Assembly (NCBI GenBank): GCA_029258885.1
Contig: JAPDJW010000001.1
Coordinates: 128,001-192,000, forward strand
Reading direction: 5' to 3'
Source of the DNA: Thermoproteota archaeon
GTDB lineage: Archaea; Thermoproteota; Thermoprotei; Thermofilales; B9-G17
DNA: 64,000 bases
Part shown: piece after piece, positions 53,705 to 64,000 of the stretch
Position numbering within the stretch: the stretch's first letter is position 1
How the letters are laid out: the number at the start of each line of letters is the position of its first letter
Notes under the pieces: generated by a model
The model's database searches: none
What the model saw: only the letters and a program-made list of their open reading frames with translations
What the model was told of the DNA's origin: nothing
Translations under genes and position numbers: made by a program

Positions 53705-54379
53705 TTAAGTTTTTCCTGAGGAGGCGATTGCATGCAGTATTTCTCTAGCTCTTTTACCGGGATCGTTGGACCTCGTTATATATCCGCCAACAATTACAAT
53801 ATCTGGCTTTGCATGAATAATTTGCGGAATAATTTGCGGTTTTATTCCTCCAGCAAGGGCAAGCTTAATACTACCGTATTTTTCCCTAATGAGTCTTGCT
53901 TCGTTTACCAAGGAGATTATGCTTATTCCACGGCGCTTCTGTACATCAACACCTATGTGAAGACAGACTATATCAAATCCTATATTGGCTATCTCTTCCA
54001 GCCTCTCAATCGGATTTGCTACATTTATAAAATCAACCATCACAAGCTTACCGTATTCCCTAGCCAGCTCTGTAACTTCCTCTATAGTTTCCTTACTCGC
54101 TAATGCAAGGACAGTTACGATATCGGCACCAGCTTCGTAGAATACCCTGGCTTCAAGAACTCCTGCATCCATAGTTTTAGTATCAGCTACAATAAAGGCA
54201 TCATCAAAATATGCTCTGAATATCTTTACAGGTAAAACGCCATACTTCTTAATCAACGGTGTACCAGCCTCAATATAACGCGCGCCACTTACGTACGTTG
54301 CCTTAGCTATACGCATAGCTTTATCTAAGTTAACAACGTCTATAGCAACCTGTAAGTTAGCGGACAATTCTCTCACCAC
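53705..54379 (-). CDS. 3-hexulose-6-phosphate synthase (OMP decarboxylase/HUMPS family)
   Basis: LQVAID, IEAGTPLIK, ADTKTMDAG, HIGVDVQ, AGGIK. Confidence 0.9.
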   Translation of the reverse strand: MVRELSANLQVAIDVVNLDKAMRIAKATYVSGARYIEAGTPLIKKYGVLPVKIFRAYFDDAFIVADTKTMDAGVLEARVFYEAGADIVTVLALASKETIEEVTELAREYGKLVMVDFINVANPIERLEEIANIGFDIVCLHIGVDVQKRRGISIISLVNEARLIREKYGSIKLALAGGIKPQIIPQIIHAKPDIVIVGGYITRSNDPGKRAREILHAIASSGKT

Positions 54380-54477
54380 GTCAGATAATCCAACATACAG
54401 GCTTATAAGTTATGACCAATTCGATGATAAAGCAGTACTCATGGTTTGCATAATCTAACATCTCACGATGGCTTTTC

Positions 54478-54526
54478 TGCGTAAAAAATATATAGAAGCG
54501 CTAATATGCATTTTTCGGATTATTCT
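54478..54526 (+). promoter_or_regulatory. Thermosome beta promoter/operator, 47/49 identical to 732-780
   Basis: TGCGTAAA-aa-ATATATAGAAGCGCTAATATGCATTTTTCGGATTATTCT. Confidence 0.85.
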
Positions 54527-54540
54527 CATGGGGTGTTAGA

Positions 54541-56196
54541 ATGGCGGCTCAACTAGCACAAATAGGTGGAGTTCCTGTTCTAATCCTAAAGGAAGGTACC
54601 ACGAGAACATTTGGTCGTGAGGCAATAAGACAAAACATTATGATCGCAAAAGCAATCAGCGAAACCATCAAGACGACCCTAGGACCAAAAGGAATGGATA
54701 AAATGTTAATTGACAGCTTAGGAGATATAACCATTAGTAACGACGGAGCAACTATACTGGATGAAATTGACGTACAGCATCCAATAGCCAAACTGCTCGT
54801 GGAAATATCCAAGGCCCAGGACGATGAGGTGGGAGACGGAACAACAACAACAGTGGTTCTAGCTGGTGAGCTACTCAAGGAGGCCGAGAGGCTGCTACTA
54901 AAGAACATACATCCGACAGTAATAGTGTCAGGGTACAAGAAGGCGCTTGAAAAGGCGAAAGAAGTACTAAAGAGTATAGCCATAAAGGTAGACAGGGACG
55001 ATGATGAGTCATTAAAGAAGGTTGCAATGACTGCTATGCACGGAAAAGCAGTCGCCGGGGTCAGAGAATACCTGGCTGAAATAGCAGTAAAGGCCGTTAA
55101 ACAGATAACAGAGAAGAGAGGAGATCGCATCGTAGCAGACACCGGATACATACAGATGACAAAGAAACAAGGAGGCAGCATGTTTGATACACAGCTAGTC
55201 TACGGAGTAATCATAGATAAGGAGGTAGTTCACCCAGGCATGCCTAAGAGAATAGAAAACGCTAAAATAGCTCTACTGGATACGCCACTTGAAATAGAGA
55301 AGACTGAAATAGATGCAGAAATAAGGATACACGATCCATCGCAAATGCAGGCCTTCATAGAGGAGGAAGAAAGACTGTTAAGAGATATGGTTATGAAGAT
55401 CAAGAAGGCAGGTGCAAACGTAGTATTCTGCCAGAAGGGTATAGATGATATAGCCCAACACTACCTTGCTAAGGAAGGCATACTGGCTGTAAGGAGAGTC
55501 AAGAAGTCCGATATGGAGAAGTTAGCTAGGGCCACTGGAGCTAGGATAGTAACCAAGGTCGAAGACCTAACAGAGAAGGATCTAGGATACGCTAAACTGG
55601 TAGAGGAAAGGAAGATAGCCGAGGAACGAATGGTATTCGTTGAAGGATGTAAAGATCCTAAAGCAGTAAGCATACTGATAAGAGGAGGTCTAGAGAAAGT
55701 AGTCGATGAAGTTGAGAGATCATTAAACGATGCCCTAAGGGTAGTAGCTGATGTAATAGAGGAGCCATGCATACTGCCGGGTGGAGGCGCACCAGAAGCA
55801 GAAATAGCCAAAGTATTGAGGGATTACGCTGCAAAAGTTGGTGGAAGGGAGCAATTAGCGATAGAGGCTTTTGCTAATGCAGTAGAGGTTATACCGAAAA
55901 CCCTAGCTGAGAACTCTGGGCTTGATGCCATTGAGACCCTAATGAAGTTAAGGAAGAAGCATAAGGAGAAGGATGGATGGAAGTATGGTGTAAATGTATT
56001 CACTGGAGAAATAGAAGATATGCTAAAGCTAGGAGTAGTAGAGCCACTCGTAGTAAAAACTCAGGCACTGAAATCAGCAACTGAAGCATCTGCAATGATT
56101 CTGAGAATTGACGATATAATAGCGGCAAGCAAGCTTGAGACTAAGGAAGAGAAAGGAAGAGAAGGCGAAGAAGAAAAAGAAACTGAATTTGATTGA
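54541..56196 (+). CDS. thsB: Thermosome (group II chaperonin), beta-like subunit
   Basis: [28 protein letters not shown]. Confidence 0.97.
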   Translation: MAAQLAQIGGVPVLILKEGTTRTFGREAIRQNIMIAKAISETIKTTLGPKGMDKMLIDSLGDITISNDGATILDEIDVQHPIAKLLVEISKAQDDEVGDGTTTTVVLAGELLKEAERLLLKNIHPTVIVSGYKKALEKAKEVLKSIAIKVDRDDDESLKKVAMTAMHGKAVAGVREYLAEIAVKAVKQITEKRGDRIVADTGYIQMTKKQGGSMFDTQLVYGVIIDKEVVHPGMPKRIENAKIALLDTPLEIEKTEIDAEIRIHDPSQMQAFIEEEERLLRDMVMKIKKAGANVVFCQKGIDDIAQHYLAKEGILAVRRVKKSDMEKLARATGARIVTKVEDLTEKDLGYAKLVEERKIAEERMVFVEGCKDPKAVSILIRGGLEKVVDEVERSLNDALRVVADVIEEPCILPGGGAPEAEIAKVLRDYAAKVGGREQLAIEAFANAVEVIPKTLAENSGLDAIETLMKLRKKHKEKDGWKYGVNVFTGEIEDMLKLGVVEPLVVKTQALKSATEASAMILRIDDIIAASKLETKEEKGREGEEEKETEFD

Positions 56197-56394
56197 AACT
56201 ACTAATTAATTTTTAGTATAAAAGAAAGTTTCTTTACTCTTTCTTTATATTATAAACTTCTTATCATGTAATCTTAATGTAGGTTAGTTTACAGATATTC
56301 ATGCGAGTTTTCTGTGTTTCAGTGTATTAGAGGCAAATATTACCCACATTATAAGAATTCTAGCAGAACTAGTTAATGTAAGTGTTAAGGATAG

Positions 56395-56484
56395 TAGCCC
56401 GGCGGGGATTCGAACCCCGGTCGGCGGGTTTCTCTCCTAACTGGGTCCAGAGCCCACCATGCTTGACCGCTACACCACCGGGCT
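56395..56484 (-). tRNA. tRNA-Gln(CTG) with 17-nt canonical BHB intron (56430-56446)
   Basis: AGCCCGG acceptor, GTGGG CT CTG G|intron|A CCCGC; H helix CTCT/AGAG; spliced length 73 nt. Confidence 0.93.
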
Positions 56485-56630
56485 CCAGAATATATAATCC
56501 AGAGGCTATCGATATATATTTTTCTTCACTTACGATTACTACCCAACCTTCAGAGGGCTCAAGAAATGGTCTAATTTGCAGAAGATGATTTGGGAATGTT
56601 TATAAGCTAATTTAAAGGTAAAATATACTA

Positions 56631-56687
56631 GGCTATGAAGAAAAAGCGCCTTCTGATAGCTGATGAACGAGAAGTACCTCTGAGCTA
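56631..56687 (+). ncRNA. C/D box 2'-O-methylation guide sRNA
   Basis: C ATGAAGA - guide AAAAGCGCCTT - D' CTGA - TAGC - C' TGATGA - guide ACGAGAAGTACCT - D CTGA; TATA-like boxes just upstream. Confidence 0.8.
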
Positions 56688-56923
56688 ATAAATATATCAT
56701 TATTAAAATACTATAAAATTTTACATTAAATAAAGGATAGATTAACGTTCTACTCCAGAACTTAGTTTGAAATGTAGTTTTGCGTTGCCTAAACTGCATG
56801 TGTTTACCCGGTTTTTGAGAAAGAACTTGAACATTATAGCATCTGAGATATCCTGAAAATACCATTCAAAATAAATATTGGAGTGTATAGAAATAAGCTA
56901 AACACAGAGGATGATGATGGAAT

Positions 56924-57424
56924 ATGAAGATTATGTGGGCTCCCTGGAGAATAAAGTATATTTTATCCGCAGTGAAGAAAACGAATGAATGTATTTTCTG
57001 TAAAATTATAAGCTATGATAGGGAAAAGGATAAGGAAAACCTCATACTCCATAGGGGAGATACTGCTTTCATCGTGTTAAACAAGTACCCATACAACAAC
57101 GGACACTTATTAATTGTCCCATATTCGCACGTACCCTCTCTGGAATATCTTAGCGATGAGGAGGTACTTGAAATGATGAAGCTTGTAAAATATTCAATAT
57201 TAGCATTAAGAAAGGCCATGAATCCCGACGGGTTTAATGTAGGTATAAACATTGGGAGGGTAGCGGGAGCAGGCGTTGAAGACCACGTACACATACATAT
57301 AGTCCCAAGGTGGAATGGAGATACAAATTTCATGCCAGTGCTAGCCGAAACTAAAGTAATCTCAGAGTCTCTACAAGACTCCTATGAAAGAATAAGTAAA
57401 GCTTTACGTGAAATTTTAGGCTAG
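56924..57424 (+). CDS. HIT domain protein (Ap4A hydrolase-like)
   Basis: MWAPWR, CIFC, NKYPYNNGHL, HVHIHIVPRW. Confidence 0.95.
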   Translation: MKIMWAPWRIKYILSAVKKTNECIFCKIISYDREKDKENLILHRGDTAFIVLNKYPYNNGHLLIVPYSHVPSLEYLSDEEVLEMMKLVKYSILALRKAMNPDGFNVGINIGRVAGAGVEDHVHIHIVPRWNGDTNFMPVLAETKVISESLQDSYERISKALREILG

Positions 57425-58266
57425 CTTCTGGCAAGGTATGCATCATAAAGATCCTTTACATCCTGGAATATTAGGTCCCTTATAATAGGCCTCTTTTCTC
57501 TTGCGCTGCGAATGCGATCCGTATCTATCACCGCTGAGACCACATCCTCCTCGTATAGCTTAGCTTTAACGAGCATTTTACCTAAAGGACCCCTCACATG
57601 GCTTCCCCCAAAGAAGCCTATGCCGTCTTGAAACCCCACATTATTGACGTATGCTACAAAAACCGTGTTTTCCATAGCACGGCATTTAATGAATGTCTCA
57701 AAATGGTCCCTAGACATATCTGGTGCAGCTGATAAATAGACGTGGAGTATAGCACCCCTTAACATGAGGGTTCTTGAAACTTCGGGGAAGAATGCGTCAT
57801 AACATATAGCAACTCCCAGCTTTAGTCCATCAATGTTGTATACGTTAATTGTGCCACGCCATGGATTAAAGTACCTTAATTCTTCAAATAAGCCATAGCT
57901 GGGTAGGTGTCTCTTCCTATATACGCCAATTACTCCTCTTTCACCAACTATAGCAGCCGAGTTATACAGTAGCCTATCCTCGGAACTACGCTCGGACATC
58001 CCGAGGATAGCTATGCTCTTAACAGATTTTTCTTTAAGAACTTCAGCAAAGAGTTCTGTCGTCGGGCCGGGTATGGTTTCAGCCAGAATAAAGTGTAAAT
58101 CTTTACTTAAATAGCCTTGAACGTAAAGCTCAGGGAGTATGTATATATTAAGATCTACTTCCTCCTCAACTTTATCTGATTTAATAACTTCAATAGCTTT
58201 CGCAATGTTTATCTCTTTCCTTCCTGGAATGCTTCTCAGCTGAAGAAGGCAAAGACGCACTTTCAT
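57421..58266 (-). CDS. Carbon-nitrogen hydrolase (nitrilase superfamily)
   Basis: Catalytic triad context LPELY, YRKRHLP, ICYDAFFPE. Confidence 0.93.
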   Translation of the reverse strand: MKVRLCLLQLRSIPGRKEINIAKAIEVIKSDKVEEEVDLNIYILPELYVQGYLSKDLHFILAETIPGPTTELFAEVLKEKSVKSIAILGMSERSSEDRLLYNSAAIVGERGVIGVYRKRHLPSYGLFEELRYFNPWRGTINVYNIDGLKLGVAICYDAFFPEVSRTLMLRGAILHVYLSAAPDMSRDHFETFIKCRAMENTVFVAYVNNVGFQDGIGFFGGSHVRGPLGKMLVKAKLYEEDVVSAVIDTDRIRSAREKRPIIRDLIFQDVKDLYDAYLARS

Positions 58267-58323
58267 GATTACAAGAAAGGAGTTAAATGTTTATTTTCTT
58301 TTTCGATACTTAACTTCTTAGGT

Positions 58324-59175
58324 GTGAACAATATGGCGGAGAAGATAACGATTAAAAGTCTGGACATCGACCTGCAGTATGCAGTTGAGCGAATTACTAA
58401 CTTCATAAAGGAGTATCTAGCTAAGAGTAAGGCAAAGGGATACGTCATCGGATTAAGTGGTGGGATAGATTCATCCACTACACTAGCTCTTCTAGTAAAA
58501 GCCGTAGGTAGCGAGAAGATCACCGGACTAATAATGCCTTTTAAGGGAATAACACCAGAAGAAGACATAAACGATGCTTTAGACCTAGCCAATAGCTTCA
58601 ATGTAAAACATCACATAATATGTATAAACAGCATATTCGAAGCTTTCAAGTCTATCATCCCTTATTTTGATGAGCAAGACCGCATTTCAAACGGCAACCT
58701 TATGGCGAGGACTAGAATGATACTTCTCTACTACTATGCCAACAAATATAACTATTTAGTGGCTGGCACGGGAGATAAGAGTGAAATCCTCTTAGGATAC
58801 TTCACAAAGGGCGGGGATGGTATGGTAGATATTCTTCCAATAGGAGACCTATATAAAACTCAGGTAAGAAAGGTTGCGAAATACTTGGGACTGCCAGAGA
58901 GAATAGTAACTAAGCCAAGCAGCCCTAGGCTGTGGGCAGGACAGATAGCTGAGCAAGAGCTAGGCATAAGCTATGAAACAATAGATCTAGTTCTCTACTC
59001 GCTCTTTGACTTAAGGCTTAATATGGATAAAATAGCTGAAAAAACAGGAATTAGTAAAAGCATTATTCAAGCAATATATGAGAGAGTAATTTCATCGCAA
59101 CATAAACGTAACTTGCCGCCCATACCGAGGATAAGTGCCCGGACAACGGGATTAGATTTGAGGATGCCAATTTAG
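58324..59175 (+). CDS. nadE: NAD+ synthetase, single-domain NadE
   Basis: [41 protein letters not shown]. Confidence 0.96.
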   Translation: MNNMAEKITIKSLDIDLQYAVERITNFIKEYLAKSKAKGYVIGLSGGIDSSTTLALLVKAVGSEKITGLIMPFKGITPEEDINDALDLANSFNVKHHIICINSIFEAFKSIIPYFDEQDRISNGNLMARTRMILLYYYANKYNYLVAGTGDKSEILLGYFTKGGDGMVDILPIGDLYKTQVRKVAKYLGLPERIVTKPSSPRLWAGQIAEQELGISYETIDLVLYSLFDLRLNMDKIAEKTGISKSIIQAIYERVISSQHKRNLPPIPRISARTTGLDLRMPI

Positions 59176-60107
59176 CCTTGACGAAGAGGTAACGGAATCT
59201 TTAGTTTTTTAGCTAATTCCTTATATCTATTTCTTACAGTAACTTCAGTAACCTGTGCGGCCTGAGCAACTTCCTTCTGCGTCCTCACCTCTCCTGAGCG
59301 GAGTGAGGCAATATATATTGCTGCTGCAGCTAGACCGGCCGGATCTTTTCCTGCGGTTATTCCAAGCTTCTGTGCTTCCCTAAGTATGTTGATAGCTTCC
59401 CTAATAGTTCTAGTGCTTAACTTTAATGTCTCACCTATTCTAGGCACGAAGTCTATTGCATTAGGTAGTGGAACCTTCACAGGCGTCTCCCTAATGAGAA
59501 GCCTATAGCACCTAGCGACATCCTTTCTTCCAGCTCTCGTATATCTAGATATTTCATCCAAAGTTCTTGGCAATCTTCTTTCCCTACATGCGGCATAAAT
59601 CGCTGCAGCCATAACGGACTCTATTGATCGTCCCCTAACTAACCCCGTCTCTAAAGCTATCCTATAAATTTCTAATGCCCTATCCTTTATTACCTTAGGT
59701 AGACCTAAATGTGAAGATAATCTTTCAAGTTCAATAGCCGCCTGAGCCAAATTCCTCTCTATCGATGACTGTATCCTAGTCCTTAAATGCCATTTCCTCA
59801 ATCTAAGCATCTCTATCTTTCTCTTCAGGGATAGCTCTCTACCTGCAGCATCCTTACTCTTCCAATCTATCTCTGTGGATAAGCTCTCAGGAGTTATCCT
59901 ATCTAAAGGCATACCAATTCTACTTCTCTTTTCTCTCTCCTCAGGGGTGAATGCTCTCCACTCTGGTCCTCTATCGATAGCTCTTTCGCTTATAACGTTG
60001 CCACAGACGGGGCATATTATCTCTCCTCTAGCGTAATCGTGAATAAGCCTTGTATTGCCACATCTATCACAGACTAATGTCTTCCTCTTCGATCGATTAT
60101 TACTCAT
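59172..60107 (-). CDS. tfb: Transcription initiation factor IIB
   Basis: Zn ribbon, GPEWRAF, two cyclin repeats, [24 protein letters not shown]. Confidence 0.97.
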   Translation of the reverse strand: MSNNRSKRKTLVCDRCGNTRLIHDYARGEIICPVCGNVISERAIDRGPEWRAFTPEEREKRSRIGMPLDRITPESLSTEIDWKSKDAAGRELSLKRKIEMLRLRKWHLRTRIQSSIERNLAQAAIELERLSSHLGLPKVIKDRALEIYRIALETGLVRGRSIESVMAAAIYAACRERRLPRTLDEISRYTRAGRKDVARCYRLLIRETPVKVPLPNAIDFVPRIGETLKLSTRTIREAINILREAQKLGITAGKDPAGLAAAAIYIASLRSGEVRTQKEVAQAAQVTEVTVRNRYKELAKKLKIPLPLRQG

Positions 60108-60147
60108 AATCTCACCCAATAAGTTTAAATACACCTAAAGGGAAATA

Positions 60148-60195
60148 TTTATAAATTTTTCGTCCCCCATAATAAGGGGACAAAAAGCTTATAAA
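60148..60195. promoter_or_regulatory. Back-to-back mirror-image promoters for tfb and the methylthiotransferase
   Basis: TTTATAAA-ttttt-c-GTCCCC short spacer GGGGAC-aaaaagc-TTATAAA. Confidence 0.65.
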
Positions 60196-60217
60196 CTTTT
60201 CGTTTGGAGGTCTTTCT

Positions 60218-61495
60218 ATGCATAATGTATACATTGAAACCTACGGATGTTGGCTGAATAAAGCCGAGACAGAGGTTATTAAGACAATTTTACGAAAAAA
60301 TGGTTACACTATCGTACAGGATTTAGAGGATGCTGATATGGTAATAATAAATACGTGCGCTGTCCGGGAAGACGTGGAGAGACGAATGTTCAGGAGGCTA
60401 AGGGAGATAGGGAGAAAGGAGGGGAAGTTTAAGGTAATTGTAGCTGGCTGTTTAGCCGTTGTAAGGCCAGCTTCAATAGTAAAGATTATACCTAGGGCTA
60501 TGCTGATTAGTCCCGATAATATAGAGCGCATAATGGATGCCATTAAAGGGGGCAATCACTTAATACTAGGTGCATCCTCAAGGTGCATTCTTCCGGATAT
60601 ACCTAGCAGTCATAGGTATGTAGTGCCAATAGCATCTGGATGTTTAGGTAACTGTGCTTTCTGTGTAGGAAAATTCGCTAGACCACGATTGAAAAGCTAT
60701 CCTAAGGATGTAATTGTAGATGCGATTAGTCGTGCGGTAGAGAGGGGCGTAAGGGAGATCTATTTAACAGCACAAGATGTAGCCGCCTATGGTGTAGATA
60801 TAGGGACAAACATTGTTGAATTGCTAAATGATATCTTGAGTAGAATACATGGAGAGTATATTATAAGGCTAGGGATGATGGAGCCAAGCTTAGTTTTGAA
60901 ATATCTAGATGAGCTGGTAGAAATATACAGAGATCCCCGCGTCTACAAGTACCTACATATGCCTATTCAATCAGGCGATGACAGGGTATTGAAGCTGATG
61001 AATAGGAAGTATAATACGGATGATATTATAACGATAGTTGAGAAGTTTAGGAGAGAATTCCCGGAGCTTAATTTCGCGACGGATATTATAGTTGGTTTTC
61101 CGGGGGAGGATGATGAGGCATTTAACAATACAGTCAGAATTATTGAATATTTAAAGCCCGATAAGGTTCATTTTGCAAGATATGCTTTAAGGCCGTTTAC
61201 TAAAGCATATCTAATGCCGCAGGTACCTGAATACATTAAGAAGAGGAGATCCCGTATGTTATCAAAAGTTGTTGAAAAGGTAACGCTGGAGCGAAATATG
61301 CAACTTGTAGGAAAATGTAGAAGGGCAATAGTATCCGATTATGGACTTAAGGAAAATACATTAATCTGTAGACTATTGAACTATAAGCCAGTCGTTATAA
61401 GTAGGGAGCCAAACCTATCCTTAGGCGACATCATAGATGTCAAAATTTTAGATGCAACACCTATATACTTAAGGGGTAAAATCCTAGGATCTTGA
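60218..61495 (+). CDS. tRNA methylthiotransferase (MtaB/MiaB-like radical SAM)
   Basis: [41 protein letters not shown]-terminal TRAM. Confidence 0.93.
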   Translation: MHNVYIETYGCWLNKAETEVIKTILRKNGYTIVQDLEDADMVIINTCAVREDVERRMFRRLREIGRKEGKFKVIVAGCLAVVRPASIVKIIPRAMLISPDNIERIMDAIKGGNHLILGASSRCILPDIPSSHRYVVPIASGCLGNCAFCVGKFARPRLKSYPKDVIVDAISRAVERGVREIYLTAQDVAAYGVDIGTNIVELLNDILSRIHGEYIIRLGMMEPSLVLKYLDELVEIYRDPRVYKYLHMPIQSGDDRVLKLMNRKYNTDDIITIVEKFRREFPELNFATDIIVGFPGEDDEAFNNTVRIIEYLKPDKVHFARYALRPFTKAYLMPQVPEYIKKRRSRMLSKVVEKVTLERNMQLVGKCRRAIVSDYGLKENTLICRLLNYKPVVISREPNLSLGDIIDVKILDATPIYLRGKILGS

Positions 61496-63178
61496 AGAAC
61501 CTCTAATTTCATCGAGCTTCTTCAATAGCTTTTCAACGTCCTTCTCAGTCAACTTCTTGAATACTACCTTAGGCTTATTTATCCTATGTCCACCAGGTAC
61601 TAGGTCTTTAGCCATGCTCCAGGAAATATCGTTAACGTTGTAATTCATTTGTCTAAGTAGTTCCTCTGCGCTACTGGGTATAAATGGAAGCAACATTATA
61701 GCGACCGACCTTGCGATGCTAAATGCTATATTCATAGTTGTACACGTCCTCTCCCAATCAGTCTTTATGGTATTCCATGGTTCTCTCTCGTTAAGATACC
61801 TATTGCCTAACCTAGCTAGTCCAGCTACTTCATGTAAAGCAAGCCTTATTCTAAATTCATCCATGTACTCTGTTATCCTCCTATACATGCTAGCTATCTC
61901 ATCTACTGTCCTTTTGTCTACCTCATCCATTTCATGTCTTTCGGGAACTACTCCATCCATTCGAGTATATATAAACGATAGTGTACGGTAAATAAAGTTC
62001 CCGATATCGTCATTTAACATCTTGTTAATAACGTTGAGTAACTCGCTCCACCTAAAGCTCGTGTCCCTAACCTCAGGCCTTAGAGCTACTAGGGTAAATC
62101 TCCATATATCGGTTGGCAGAAGCTCTAGTGCCTCGTCAATCCATATGCCGATACGCCTACTCTTAGAAAACTTCTGCCCTTCGTAGAGCAGGTACTCTGT
62201 CGATGCAACGGTCCAAGGAAGATTGTAGTTTCTTGATGAAGCGATAAGTAGTGCAGGAAATATTATCGTGTGGAAAGGTATATTATCTTTACCTATAAAG
62301 TAAACACTCTTTGTCTCCGGATTAAGCCAAAACTCCTTCCACCTATCCTTTTCTCCTTTTTTGCTGAAATATTCTATTGTAGCTGAAATATATCCGAGAA
62401 CAGCCTCCATCCAGACATAGATTGTTTTACCCTCTGCTCCCGGAAATGGAGCGGGAATCCCCCACTTATTATCTCTAGTTATGGACCTTGGCTTTAATCC
62501 ATCCCTAATTACCTGTAAGCTCATGTTCCTAGCGTTCTCCGGCAAATTACTGTTTTCTAATATATATTTCTCGATGTCATTAGATAATTTAGGCAGATCG
62601 AAAAACCAATGTTTCGTCTTTTTAATAATGGGTTTAGATCCACAAATGGAACATCTAGGGTTAATAAGCATAGTTGGTGTTAGTAGCCTACCACATTTAT
62701 CACATTGGTCGCCTCTGGCGTCCTCAAAGCCACAGTAAGGACAAGTTCCATGAACAAATCTATCCGGGAGAAATCTATTGCACTTAGGACAAAACGGCAA
62801 AAGCATTTCATCTTCAAAAATGTAGCCTCTCTCATATAGATCCATATAGAATTCCTGAACAAACTTTATGTGTACAGGATTCTCAGTCCGTGAATAGTTG
62901 TCGAAGGATATATTCCATCGATCAAACAGCTTCTTCATTCTGCTATGTATTTCATCTGTAAGCTCTTTAGGACGTATTCCACGCTTAATGGCCTCTACCT
63001 CAATGGGAGTTCCATGCTCATCGGATCCGCTGACAAACACTACTTCGCATCCCTTTAACCTTAAATACCGTGCAGCAACATCGGCTGAAAGGATGGATCC
63101 TATAATGTTACCTAGGTGAGGGATACCGTGAGCATAGGGCCACGCTGAGCAAACGAGCCATTTGTCTCCCATGAGCAT
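61484..63178 (-). CDS. metG: Methionine--tRNA ligase
   Basis: [13 protein letters not shown] (HIGH), SGSDEHGT, Zn knuckles, KFSKS. Confidence 0.97.
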   Translation of the reverse strand: MLMGDKWLVCSAWPYAHGIPHLGNIIGSILSADVAARYLRLKGCEVVFVSGSDEHGTPIEVEAIKRGIRPKELTDEIHSRMKKLFDRWNISFDNYSRTENPVHIKFVQEFYMDLYERGYIFEDEMLLPFCPKCNRFLPDRFVHGTCPYCGFEDARGDQCDKCGRLLTPTMLINPRCSICGSKPIIKKTKHWFFDLPKLSNDIEKYILENSNLPENARNMSLQVIRDGLKPRSITRDNKWGIPAPFPGAEGKTIYVWMEAVLGYISATIEYFSKKGEKDRWKEFWLNPETKSVYFIGKDNIPFHTIIFPALLIASSRNYNLPWTVASTEYLLYEGQKFSKSRRIGIWIDEALELLPTDIWRFTLVALRPEVRDTSFRWSELLNVINKMLNDDIGNFIYRTLSFIYTRMDGVVPERHEMDEVDKRTVDEIASMYRRITEYMDEFRIRLALHEVAGLARLGNRYLNEREPWNTIKTDWERTCTTMNIAFSIARSVAIMLLPFIPSSAEELLRQMNYNVNDISWSMAKDLVPGGHRINKPKVVFKKLTEKDVEKLLKKLDEIRGSSRS

Positions 63179-63249
63179 TACCTCCCAATCATATTATTAA
63201 TGGTCATATTAAAGAATTATGATTATTATTAATAGTAATGATAGCTCAG

Positions 63250-64000
<751 letters not shown>

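Noticed and set aside
61484-63178. MetRS lacking the C-terminal tRNA-binding dimerisation domain
   Set aside because: A short MetRS form is a known variant; no sign of a frameshift or truncation scar.

Overview
Core-genome window from a hyperthermophile-like archaeon of the Thermoproteota/TACK type. The indicators are a single-chain Rpo2, eukaryote-like r-proteins (S26e, S19e), an arcadin-1 homologue, and tRNAs with non-canonical and multiple BHB introns. It holds heavily rearranged ribosomal-protein and RNA-polymerase operons, two thermosome genes, Hsp20, many tRNA/rRNA modification enzymes, four tRNAs and one C/D-box sRNA. The main discovery is that the apparently broken rpl11 gene contains a 12-nt insertion (15146-15157) carrying an in-frame TAG. 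The insertion folds with the exons into a bulge-helix-bulge, and its removal restores the invariant GPPIGPALGP motif. This points to a tRNA-endonuclease-type mini-intron in a ribosomal-protein mRNA. Other notable items are: a wHTH/ATP-cone/class III RNR-fold protein lacking the glycyl-radical Gly; near-identical promoters in front of the two thermosome genes; a shared promoter element in front of rpl24 and rps8; in-place inversions of rps5-rpl30 and rpoN; an unassigned structured RNA upstream of rps26e; and a mosaic ORF next to tRNA-Asp. No CRISPR array or intact mobile element was seen. All family assignments come from motif recognition by eye, not from database searches.
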